A stretch of DNA of 64,000 nt from Polymorphobacter sp. GTDB taxonomy: Bacteria > Pseudomonadota > Alphaproteobacteria > Sphingomonadales > Sphingomonadaceae. The position numbers and the translations under genes are program-made. The DNA lies in contig JANYGL010000046.1 of assembly GCA_025362435.1 (NCBI GenBank), positions 41,881 to 105,880 of the forward strand, given 5' to 3'. Shown piece by piece: positions 51,194 to 59,766 of this stretch (position 1 is the first letter of the stretch; each line of letters starts with the position of its first letter). The notes beneath the pieces are model-generated. The model ran no database searches. It saw nothing but the letters and a program-made list of their open reading frames with translations, and had not been told where the DNA came from.

Positions 51194-54100
51194 ATGAATA
51201 TCCAAATCTGCACGACTAATTTGATTCGCTCGTCATCGATGATCGCGATTGCAGCCTGCCTCACGCTGCCGGCTACTCTTTCCGCTCAGGCAGCCAACCT
51301 TCAGGGCAACGGCGCCGAAGCGACCAATGCCCAGCCCGGGCCGACGGTTGTCCCGGGCGTCGCCCCGGCGGCAGATGAGATCATCGTCACCGGCATTCGC
51401 GCCTCGCTCGAGCGTTCGATCGCGATCAAGCGCGAGTCGACCGGCATCGTCGACGCCATCTCGGCAGAAGACATCGGCAAGTTCCCCGACACCAACCTCG
51501 CCGAATCGCTGCAGCGGATCACCGGCGTGTCGATCAGCCGCCGCAGCGGCGAAGGCGCCGAAGTCACCGTTCGCGGTTTTGGCCCGCAATATAACCTCGT
51601 GACGCTCAACGGCCGCCAGCTTGCCGCGACCTCGCAGCAGACCGTCGGCGGCGACGAAAGCGCCGACTTCTCGCGCAACACCAGCCGCTCGTTCGACTTC
51701 TCGAACCTTGCCGCCGAAGGCGTCAAGACGCTCGAAGTCTACAAGACCGGCCGCGCAGCGATCCCGTCGGGCGGCATCGGCGCGACGATCAACGTCGTCA
51801 CCCGCACTCCGCTCGATGCCCGCCAAAGCGGCTTCACCGGCTCGATCGGCGGCAAGGCGACGTACGACATGAGCAGCGATGACTGCATCAGCTGCGGCTC
51901 GCACGTCACCCCCGAATTCTCGGGCGTCGGCGGCTGGACCAACGAAGCTGGTACCTTCGGCGTCTCGGTGTTCGGCAGCTATCAGAAGCGCAACTACACC
52001 AATATCAGCGCGACTTCGAACGACTGGAATATCACGAGCTACGCACAGTTCATCGATCCTGCCAGCGGCAACGTCAACGCCACTACCAAGATCACCAATG
52101 CTCCGGCCAACCCGAACATGCTCGTCGCTCGCCCGAACGACCTGCGCTACCACTTCGGCGAAGGTACGCGCGAGCGGATCAACGGCCAGGGAACGATCGA
52201 GTTCAAGCCGAGCGACCGGCTCGACCTGAGCCTCGACGCCCTCTACGCGCAGAACATCCAGAAGGAGCGCCGGTCGGATCAGTCGAACTGGTTCAACCGT
52301 CCCTTCGACCAAATCACCTTCGACACCGGTCACTCGGTCGCGACGACGACTTTCCTTCATGAAGTCATCTCGGGCGAGACCAAGGATGCCGGCTTCGAGC
52401 AGCAGTATCGCGCTCAGAAGGAGGCGCTGTACGACTTCGGCGCCAAGGCGAAGTGGGACGTCACTGACACCTTCCACGTTGTTTTCGACGGTCACATCGG
52501 CCAGTCGAAGAGCACGCCGGACAATCCCAACGGGATGAGCTCGACGCTCGTGTCGATCAGCTCGCCGACGCTCGCGTCGCACTCGGTCGACTATAGTAAT
52601 GGCTTCCCGACGCAGACGGTGGTGTTCGCCGATCCGGCAACGACGAGCCCGTCGCATCCGGTGATCAAGGGCAACGGCAACGGCGTGCTCGACACTGGCG
52701 ACCTCGGCAGCCAGGTCGCTCGTCAGGTCAAGACCAGCCTGTCGCAGGATATCAAGGAAGCCCGCCTCGATGCCGGCTGGGATATTGGCGGGGGCAGCCG
52801 GATCGATTTCGGCGGTGACTACCGCACGACCAAGACGCGTTCGACGCAGACGCAATATCAGCAGACCCTCGGCGACTGGGGCAACATCCACCCGGGTGAC
52901 GTCAACGCGATCGCACCCGGCCTCGTGAAGGCATTCTGTCTCGTCTGCCGCTTCGCCGACAACAACCCCAAGGCAACCGGCGATGGCCTGACCGCCTTCC
53001 GGACCCAGGATGCGACTAAACTCTACAACGCGCTGTCCAACTACTATGTGGCGCACGGCAATCCGAATCCGATCAATGGCTTCGTCGATGATCGGGTCAA
53101 GGAGGACATCTGGGCCGCCTACGGCCAGTTCACCTGGAAGGGCGAGATCGGCGACCATGCCGCCAGCCTTGTTACCGGGGCGCGGTTCGAGAGCACACGG
53201 GTCCGGTCGAATTCGCTTCAGGCGATTCCGCTCGACATTCGCTGGCAGTCGGACAACGACTTCATCGTCGACGTCTCGCCCTCTTATCAGCCGGTCGCTG
53301 CATCGGGGCGTTACAACAACCTGCTGCCGTCGATGGACTTCCAGTTCGAGATCAAACACAATCTGATCAGCCGCTTCTCGTTCAGCAAGACGATCTCGCG
53401 TCCGAGCTTTGGAAATCTTTTCGCCTCGGGCTCGGTCGGCCAGCCGAACGACGCGACCGCGGTCGGCGGTCAGGCCACTGGAACGGCGAACGACGCCAAC
53501 CTCCAGCCGCTGACCTCGGACAACTTCGACCTGTCGCTCGAATGGTACTTCAAGCCCGACAGCTATGTGTCCGTCGGCTTCTTCGACAAGCGCGTGCACA
53601 ACTTCATCGGCAACACCGTCGTCAAAAAGAACTTGTTCGGTCTTCGCGACCCGAGCTCGGGCGCCGCCGGAAGCCGCTCGGGCACCGCAAGGGCGGCACT
53701 GACGACGATCGGTGCCGATGTTACCGACGTCAACTTGTTCACCTACACCGCGCTCCTCCAGCAGAACGCAGGCAATGCTGCTGCGGCGAATGCGGCGTTC
53801 CTCGCCAACTACAACGTCGGGGCGCGCGCGCTCAACCAGGCGTTCGTCGACCAGATCATCGGTGCCGTCGACATCGTCGCCGATCCGAATGACCCGCTGT
53901 TCCAGTTCAACGTCAACACGCCGGTCAATAACAAGGACGCCGAAGTCTACGGTGTCGAAATCGCCGGTCAGTACTTCTTCGGCAATAGCGGCATCGGCGT
54001 CGCGGCAGCTTACACGCTCGTTCGCGGCAACGTCGGCATCAACATCGCCGCGGATCCGAGCGTCGACCAGTTCGCGCTGCTCGGCCTGAGCGATACCTTC

Positions 54101-54397
54101 AACGCGACGCTGATCTACGACAAGAACGGCGTTTCGGCCCGGTTGAGCTACAACTGGCGCGACCGTTACCTGTCGGGTCTCAACCGCGACCCCTCGCACA
54201 ACCCCGAGTTTACCTCGCCTTACGGCCAGCTCGACTTCAACCTGAGCTACGACATCACCCCGCACATCGCGGTGTCGCTCGAGGCGATCAACCTCAACAA
54301 GGAAGGCGTAAAGACGTACGCCCGCTCGACGAACGAAATCTGGCTCGTCCAGGAAGGCCAGCGCCGCTTCCTGCTGGGTGCCCGCTACCGCTTCTAA
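51194..54397 (+). CDS. TonB-dependent outer-membrane receptor (carbohydrate-type)
   Basis: Start at MNIQICTT (ATG 51194, GGGGGAG upstream). Signal peptide, TonB box-like DEIIVTG, plug domain (DTNLAESLQRITGVS), long beta-barrel and terminal aromatic ..RYRF. Confidence 0.92.
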   Translation: MNIQICTTNLIRSSSMIAIAACLTLPATLSAQAANLQGNGAEATNAQPGPTVVPGVAPAADEIIVTGIRASLERSIAIKRESTGIVDAISAEDIGKFPDTNLAESLQRITGVSISRRSGEGAEVTVRGFGPQYNLVTLNGRQLAATSQQTVGGDESADFSRNTSRSFDFSNLAAEGVKTLEVYKTGRAAIPSGGIGATINVVTRTPLDARQSGFTGSIGGKATYDMSSDDCISCGSHVTPEFSGVGGWTNEAGTFGVSVFGSYQKRNYTNISATSNDWNITSYAQFIDPASGNVNATTKITNAPANPNMLVARPNDLRYHFGEGTRERINGQGTIEFKPSDRLDLSLDALYAQNIQKERRSDQSNWFNRPFDQITFDTGHSVATTTFLHEVISGETKDAGFEQQYRAQKEALYDFGAKAKWDVTDTFHVVFDGHIGQSKSTPDNPNGMSSTLVSISSPTLASHSVDYSNGFPTQTVVFADPATTSPSHPVIKGNGNGVLDTGDLGSQVARQVKTSLSQDIKEARLDAGWDIGGGSRIDFGGDYRTTKTRSTQTQYQQTLGDWGNIHPGDVNAIAPGLVKAFCLVCRFADNNPKATGDGLTAFRTQDATKLYNALSNYYVAHGNPNPINGFVDDRVKEDIWAAYGQFTWKGEIGDHAASLVTGARFESTRVRSNSLQAIPLDIRWQSDNDFIVDVSPSYQPVAASGRYNNLLPSMDFQFEIKHNLISRFSFSKTISRPSFGNLFASGSVGQPNDATAVGGQATGTANDANLQPLTSDNFDLSLEWYFKPDSYVSVGFFDKRVHNFIGNTVVKKNLFGLRDPSSGAAGSRSGTARAALTTIGADVTDVNLFTYTALLQQNAGNAAAANAAFLANYNVGARALNQAFVDQIIGAVDIVADPNDPLFQFNVNTPVNNKDAEVYGVEIAGQYFFGNSGIGVAAAYTLVRGNVGINIAADPSVDQFALLGLSDTFNATLIYDKNGVSARLSYNWRDRYLSGLNRDPSHNPEFTSPYGQLDFNLSYDITPHIAVSLEAINLNKEGVKTYARSTNEIWLVQEGQRRFLLGARYRF

Positions 54398-54406
54398 TGG
54401 TCGAAC

Positions 54407-54436
54407 GACGGGGTCGCGCGCAATCGCGGCCCCGTC
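54407..54436 (+). terminator. hairpin just downstream of the TonB receptor gene (attenuator/processing site candidate)
   Basis: GACGGGGtCGCG-cgcaat-CGCGgCCCCGTC followed by ATTT, 10 nt after the stop. Confidence 0.35.
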
Positions 54437-54540
54437 ATTTGCCCGGCCACGCACCTGCCGGCGTTGTGCGGCTGCGGCTTCCGGGTCATTCTTCCGGCCC
54501 GGGCGCGAGTGAGCGACCCATCGGAGAGATTGCTGTCGCC

Positions 54541-55302
54541 ATGACCACGACGACCAGCCCCGCGACCTCGATCGTCCGCCTCAATAATATCGATCACGCC
54601 GGGCTTCGCGTGATTGCCGCGCACGGTGCGGCATGGGGTGATGCGGTCAACCAGATCCCCGTCTTCCCGACCGAATTCGAGGCGGTCCAGCGCGAGTTTC
54701 CGATCGTCCTCCACCGGGCGCCCGATGGCACTTGGGAAGCGCTGGCGCTGCTCGGCCTCGACCGGGACGAAAACCTGTTCCTCGACGGCGACCGCTGGAG
54801 CGCCCGTTATGTCCCGGCGCTGCTCGAGCGCGGACCATTTTCGATCGGCATTCATACCGGACCCGACGGCACCCGCGAGCCGATGGTCCATATCGATACC
54901 GCGCACCCGCGGGTCGTTCCGGCCGGAAGCGCTGCGGCGAACGCCGAACCATTGTTCCTGCCGCACGGCGGCAACGCTCCCTACCTCGAGCGGATGCAGG
55001 ACGCCCTCCAGGTCATCCACACCGGCTATCTCGCGCAAGCAGCGATGTTTGCCGCGCTCGCGGAGGCGGGGCTGATCGAGCCGGTCCGCATCGAGATTCA
55101 ACTCGACGAGACATTGCGCTACGATCTCGTCGATTTCCATACGATCGGCGTCGAGGCGCTCGCCCGGCTGACCGGCTCGGTTCTCGAAAACCTTCACCGG
55201 CAAGGCCTCCTTGCCGCCGCGGTGCACATCGCGTCTTCGCTCGGCAACGTCTCGCGGCTGATCGAACTGAAGAACGCCAAACGGGCCAGCGCGAGGCAAT
55301 GA
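54541..55302 (+). CDS. SapC family protein
   Basis: Start at MTTTTSPATSIVRLNN (ATG 54541). SapC-like pattern NQIPVFPTEF..REFPIV. Position immediately after a TonB receptor is typical for the family. Confidence 0.8.
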   Translation: MTTTTSPATSIVRLNNIDHAGLRVIAAHGAAWGDAVNQIPVFPTEFEAVQREFPIVLHRAPDGTWEALALLGLDRDENLFLDGDRWSARYVPALLERGPFSIGIHTGPDGTREPMVHIDTAHPRVVPAGSAAANAEPLFLPHGGNAPYLERMQDALQVIHTGYLAQAAMFAALAEAGLIEPVRIEIQLDETLRYDLVDFHTIGVEALARLTGSVLENLHRQGLLAAAVHIASSLGNVSRLIELKNAKRASARQ

Positions 55303-56342
55303 CGGCGATCGCCCGCCGCACTCGCGTCGTCGAAGCGTCGGCACTTTCGGGCGAGGGCGCGGAAACCGGCTTCGACGCATTGCTGGCGTCGCCCGAGCCG
55401 GCGATCGTCCGGGGGCTCGCCGAGGCGTGGCCGCTGGTCCGCCTTGGCAAGGAATCGCCCGGCGCTGCGATCGACTATCTGGCGACCTTCGCCGGGCCGT
55501 CGCAGGTCGTCGGCTACACCGGCGCGCCGTCGATCGACGGCCGGTTCTTCTACAATGCCACGCTTGACGGCTTCAACTTCGCCCGCGAGCGGACCGGATT
55601 GGCCGATTATCTTGAGCGGATCCGCACGCATCTCGATGACCCAGAGGCACCATCGCTGTACCTCGGCTCGACCGATATCGTCGCCTACCTTCCCGGCTTC
55701 GGCAACGACAACCCGATGCCGTTCACCAGCGCGACGCTCCGCGCCCACGAGCCGATGGCGAGCATCTGGGTGGGCAATCGCACGATCGCCTCGGCGCACT
55801 GGGACATGTCGAACAACATCGCGGTCTGCGCGGCCGGACGGCGGCGCTTCACCCTGTTCCCGCCCAATCAGGCGGCGAACCTCTATCCCGGACCGATCGA
55901 GCCGACTCCCGGCGGCCAAATCGTCAGTATGGTCGACTTCGACGCCCCGGACCTCGACCGCCATCCGGGGTTTCGCGACGCCGTTGCCGCGGCGCAGGTC
56001 GCCGAACTGGGCCCGGGCGATGTGCTGATCTACCCGGCGCTGTGGTGGCATCAGGTCGAGGCGCTCGACCCATTCAATGTCCTCGTCAATTACTGGTGGA
56101 ACGACGCCCAGCCGTTCATGGACAACCCGATGACGACCTTGCTTCACGCGATGTTGTCGCTGCGCAACCGCCCGCTCGCCGAGAAGCAGGGGTGGAAAGC
56201 GCTTTTCGACTATTATGTTTTCGGCCCCGCCGAGCTCGCGCGCGCCCATCTGCCGCCACACGCCCAAGGGCCGCTCGGCGAGCCCGATGACCGCGAGGCC
56301 CGCCGCCTGCGGGCACAGATTCTTCAGCGGATTAGCCGCTAG
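55299..56342 (+). CDS. cupin-like JmjC-type Fe(II)/2-oxoglutarate oxygenase homologue
   Basis: Start ATG 55299 overlaps the SapC stop (ATGA). HxD in SAHWDMSNN and a distal His in ALWWHQVEAL. Confidence 0.8.
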   Translation: MTAIARRTRVVEASALSGEGAETGFDALLASPEPAIVRGLAEAWPLVRLGKESPGAAIDYLATFAGPSQVVGYTGAPSIDGRFFYNATLDGFNFARERTGLADYLERIRTHLDDPEAPSLYLGSTDIVAYLPGFGNDNPMPFTSATLRAHEPMASIWVGNRTIASAHWDMSNNIAVCAAGRRRFTLFPPNQAANLYPGPIEPTPGGQIVSMVDFDAPDLDRHPGFRDAVAAAQVAELGPGDVLIYPALWWHQVEALDPFNVLVNYWWNDAQPFMDNPMTTLLHAMLSLRNRPLAEKQGWKALFDYYVFGPAELARAHLPPHAQGPLGEPDDREARRLRAQILQRISR

Positions 56343-56404
56343 GTGCTTGCCGGATCGATCTAGGAGCGAGCGCTCGACGCCCGCCAAACTTGAGGAGGAA
56401 CGCC

Positions 56405-57835
56405 ATGCATCGTCGCGACGTCATGAAGGCCGGACTGACCGCCGGGGGCGCGCTCGCCGCCGCCGCCGCAACCCCGGCGCTCGCTGCGCCGGCGCGCCCA
56501 GCCGACCTGCACTTTCCCGAGGGGTTCGTCTGGGGCTGCGCCACCGCCAGCTACCAGATCGAAGGCGCGGTCGCCGAGGACGGGCGCGGCGCGACCAACT
56601 GGGATGTGTTTTCGCACACCCCCGGGCGCGTCGCCAACAACGACACCGGTGACGTCGCCTGCGACAGCTACCACCGCTACCGCGAGGATATCGGCCTGCT
56701 CAAGGCGCTCGGCGTCAAGGCGTACCGCCTGTCGATCGCATGGTCGCGGATCTTCCCTGACGGCCGTGGCACGCCCAACCCTAAGGGCGTCGATTATTAC
56801 AACCGCGTCGTCGACGGCCTGCTCGAGGCAGGCATCACGCCGTACATCACGATGTTCCACTGGGACCTGCCGCAGGCGTTGCCGGGCGGGTGGCAGTCGC
56901 GCGACACGGCGCTGGCCTTCGCCGACTACGCCGGCTTCACGGCGGGCAAGCTGTCCGATCGCGTCGATCATTTCATGACGGTCAACGAGCTGCGCTGCTT
57001 TACCGACATCGGGCATCAGGAGGGGCGCCATGCCCCGGGGCTCCGCTTGCCGCCCGCCGCGGTCAACCAGGTGCGTCACCACGGTGTGCTGGCGCACGGC
57101 CTCGGCGTTCAGGCGATCCGCGCACATGGTAACGCGAGGACGCAGGTCGGGCTCGCCGACAACACCAACTTCTACGTGCCCGTGATCGAGACGCCCGAGC
57201 ACATCGAGGCGGCGAAGCGCGCGGTCCGGCGCGAGAACGCGATGTTCCTGACCGCGGTCATGGAGGGCAAGTACCTCGACGACTATCTCACCGAACAGGG
57301 CTCGGCGGCACCGAAGGTCCAGCCGGGCGACATGAAGGCGATCGGCAGCCCGCTCGATTTCGTCGCGCTCAACGTCTACGCCCCGAACTACGTCCGCGCC
57401 GACGGCTCGGCGCAGGGCTATGCGGTCCTGCCGCACCTCAAGTCGTCGCCGCGGATGGCGTCGCCGTGGCTCTATGTCGGCCCCGAGGTCGCGTACTGGG
57501 CGGTGCGGAACGTCAGCGAATTGTGGAAGCCCAAGGCGCTGTACATCTCCGAGAACGGCTGCTCGGCCGATGATCCGGTGACCAACGGGGTCGTCTATGA
57601 CTCCGATCGCATCATGTACCTACGGAATTACCTGACCGAGTTTCGCCGCGCGGCAGCCGAGGGCTACCCGCTCAAGGGCTATTTCCTGTGGAGCCTGATG
57701 GACAATTTCGAATGGGCCGACGGCTACGGGCTCCGTTTCGGACTCCACCACGTCGATTTCGCGACCCAGAAGCGAACGCCGAAGCTCAGTGCAGCATGGT
57801 ACCGTGAACTCATCCGGCGCAACGAACTCGTCTGA
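56405..57835 (+). CDS. glycoside hydrolase family 1 beta-glucosidase with twin-arginine signal peptide
   Basis: Start at MHRRDVMKAGL (ATG 56405, GAGGAGGAA upstream). GH1 motifs FHWDLPQAL, acid/base TVNE and nucleophile ISENG. Confidence 0.92.
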   Translation: MHRRDVMKAGLTAGGALAAAAATPALAAPARPADLHFPEGFVWGCATASYQIEGAVAEDGRGATNWDVFSHTPGRVANNDTGDVACDSYHRYREDIGLLKALGVKAYRLSIAWSRIFPDGRGTPNPKGVDYYNRVVDGLLEAGITPYITMFHWDLPQALPGGWQSRDTALAFADYAGFTAGKLSDRVDHFMTVNELRCFTDIGHQEGRHAPGLRLPPAAVNQVRHHGVLAHGLGVQAIRAHGNARTQVGLADNTNFYVPVIETPEHIEAAKRAVRRENAMFLTAVMEGKYLDDYLTEQGSAAPKVQPGDMKAIGSPLDFVALNVYAPNYVRADGSAQGYAVLPHLKSSPRMASPWLYVGPEVAYWAVRNVSELWKPKALYISENGCSADDPVTNGVVYDSDRIMYLRNYLTEFRRAAAEGYPLKGYFLWSLMDNFEWADGYGLRFGLHHVDFATQKRTPKLSAAWYRELIRRNELV

Positions 57836-57839
57836 TCGG

Positions 57840-57873
57840 GCGACCCTTGCGGCTTCCACGTCGCAAGGGTCGC
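57840..57873 (+). terminator. 12-bp perfect hairpin after GH1, at the right edge of the accessory block
   Basis: GCGACCCTTGCG-gcttccacgt-CGCAAGGGTCGC, 5 nt after the stop. No strong U-tract. Confidence 0.4.
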
Positions 57874-57905
57874 GCCCGCGGCGCTTTGTTGCTAAAGCAT
57901 GACCG

Positions 57906-58310
57906 ATGAAACCCGCGCACGACGAGAAGGGCAAATCGGTCCGGCTGCTCCGCATCGGCGAACAGGTGCGCCACGCGATGGCAGCACTGCTCGCACGACG
58001 CGAGATCCGCGACCCGGTGCTCGAGAACACGATCATCTCGGTCAGCGAGGTGCGAGTTACCCCCGACCTGCGGCAGGCGATCGTCTTCGTTCACCCGCTC
58101 GGCGGCCCGGGCCTCAAGCCCGACGGTGCGGCGGTGCTGGCGGCGTTGAAGGAGAACAGCCGCTGGCTGCGCGGCGAGGTCGCCAAGACCCTTGCGACGA
58201 AATACACCCCCGACCTGACCTTCCGGCTCGACGAAAGCTTCGACGCGGGTGCCAAGATCGACGCGATCCTGCGCAGCCCGCACGTCGCACGCGACCTCGG
58301 CGGGAAGTAA
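57906..58310 (+). CDS. rbfA: ribosome-binding factor A
   Basis: 134-aa ORF. SVRLLRIGEQVRHAMAALL..DP.L...IISVSEVRVTPDLRQAIVFV..TPDLTFRLDES pattern of RbfA. Confidence 0.9.
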   Translation: MKPAHDEKGKSVRLLRIGEQVRHAMAALLARREIRDPVLENTIISVSEVRVTPDLRQAIVFVHPLGGPGLKPDGAAVLAALKENSRWLRGEVAKTLATKYTPDLTFRLDESFDAGAKIDAILRSPHVARDLGGK

Positions 58311-58341
58311 CGACGTCCTTCAACGGCACCGGGGAAATCGA

Positions 58342-58725
58342 ATGACGCGTATCCTGTTCGTCGGCCAGCAGCCCGACACCGTCGACTTTTCCGACCCGGC
58401 CCTGCCGCCCGGCTTCAATGCCGCAAAGATCGAGGCCGGGATCGCGATCGGCATCGCCAAGATCGAGGAGCGCGGCTGGCAGGTCGATCCGTGCATGATC
58501 CGCCCCGACGAAAGCGCGGGCCCGATGCTCGAGAAGCAATTGGCGTCGGCGGTCTATGATTGCGTCGTTATCGGCGGAGGCCTGCGTATTCCGCCGAAAA
58601 GCCTTTTGCTGTTCGAGACCGTGGTCAACGCTGTCCACAAGGGCGCGCCAAACGCGGTCATAGCATTCAACACACGGCCCGAAGATACGGCCGACGCGGC
58701 AGCCCGGCAGCTCGGACTCGGCTGA
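58342..58725 (+). CDS. hypothetical protein
   Basis: 127 aa from ATG 58342 (the track ORF starts at 58249). High GC3. I recognise no motif. Confidence 0.45.
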   Translation: MTRILFVGQQPDTVDFSDPALPPGFNAAKIEAGIAIGIAKIEERGWQVDPCMIRPDESAGPMLEKQLASAVYDCVVIGGGLRIPPKSLLLFETVVNAVHKGAPNAVIAFNTRPEDTADAAARQLGLG

Positions 58726-58824
58726 GTAGGGCAGCGATCGAGCCAAGCGCCTAACCGGTTGCGTTCCAGCATGGCACCGACGTAGGTGCCGGATCGTTCG
58801 ACGGTCGAACCAGCGGGAGCAGCC

Positions 58825-59766
58825 ATGACCATCAAGATCGGCATCGTCGGCGTTGGCAAGATCGCGCGCGACCAGCATCTGCCTGCGATTGCCGCGAATC
58901 CAGCGTTTGAACTCGTCGGGGTTGCCAGCCGGTCGGGTGGCACGGTCGACGGCGCGCCGACCTTCACCGATCTCGATGCGCTTGCCGCGGGCGTTCCCGG
59001 CCTCGAGGCGGTCAGCATCTGCACCCCGCCGCAAGACCGGCACACGATCGTCCGCGCCGCGCTCAACCGCGGCCTCCATGTCATGCTCGAAAAGCCGCCA
59101 GGCGCGAGCCTGAGCGAGATCGCCGACCTCCCCGGGCTGGCGGCAACGAAGAACGTCGCGCTGTTCTCGACCTACCATTCGCGCGAAGCCCCGGCGGTGG
59201 CACCGGCGAAGGCGTGGCTGGCCGACAAAACGATTACTGCGGTGCGTGTGCGATGGAAGGAAGACGTTCGCCACTGGCACCCCGGGCAGGCGTGGATTTG
59301 GGAGCCGGGCGGGCTCGGCGTGTTCGATCCGGGGATCAACGCCCTGTCGTCGCTGACGAAAATCCTCCCCGCCGCGCCGTTCATCGTCAGGGCCGACCTG
59401 TCGTTTCCGTCGAACCGCGCGACCCCGATCGCGGCGCAACTCGATCTCACCGATGTCGCCGGCCTGTCGATCAGTGTCGAACTGGACTGGCGGCACCTCG
59501 ACAAGGAAATGTGGGAGATCGCGGTCGATACCACCGCCGGGCCGCTGCTGCTGTTGGGCGGCGGCGCGAAGCTCGACATTGCCGGCACGAAAACCGAAGA
59601 TCCCGATCCGCACGCCGAATATGCCGGGCTCTATCGCCGCTTCGCGGAGCTGGTGCCGCGGCGCGAAGTCGACTTCGACCTCGCGCCGATCAAGCTGATT
59701 GCCGACGCCTTCATGCTCGGGCGGCGGATCGAGGTCGAGGCATTCGAGGATCAGCCCGCGAAGTAA
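58825..59766 (+). CDS. Gfo/Idh/MocA family oxidoreductase (sugar 1-dehydrogenase-like)
   Basis: Start at MTIKIGIVGVGKIARDQH (ATG 58825, GGGAGC upstream). Rossmann motif, then an EKP motif (LEKPPG). Confidence 0.85.
   Translation: MTIKIGIVGVGKIARDQHLPAIAANPAFELVGVASRSGGTVDGAPTFTDLDALAAGVPGLEAVSICTPPQDRHTIVRAALNRGLHVMLEKPPGASLSEIADLPGLAATKNVALFSTYHSREAPAVAPAKAWLADKTITAVRVRWKEDVRHWHPGQAWIWEPGGLGVFDPGINALSSLTKILPAAPFIVRADLSFPSNRATPIAAQLDLTDVAGLSISVELDWRHLDKEMWEIAVDTTAGPLLLLGGGAKLDIAGTKTEDPDPHAEYAGLYRRFAELVPRREVDFDLAPIKLIADAFMLGRRIEVEAFEDQPAK

Noticed and set aside
56366-56375. CGAGCGCTCG palindrome upstream of GH1, and GTCACAGCGCTGAC at 61394-61407, considered as further copies of the LacI operator.
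   Set aside because: Only the AGCGCT core is shared, and that hexamer is common in GC-rich DNA. The flanking TA...TATC positions that define the three strong sites are absent.
59751-59766. Convergent gene-end overlaps (Gfo/aceB 16 nt; also smr/ferritin-like at 1752-1768, DUF2256/MBL at 29473-29483, coiled-coil/aldolase at 23938-23941), considered as a possible antisense-regulation feature.
   Set aside because: Short convergent overlaps are common in compact GC-rich genomes. They could also stem from uncertain stop or start assignment, and nothing specific in the sequence supports a regulatory role.
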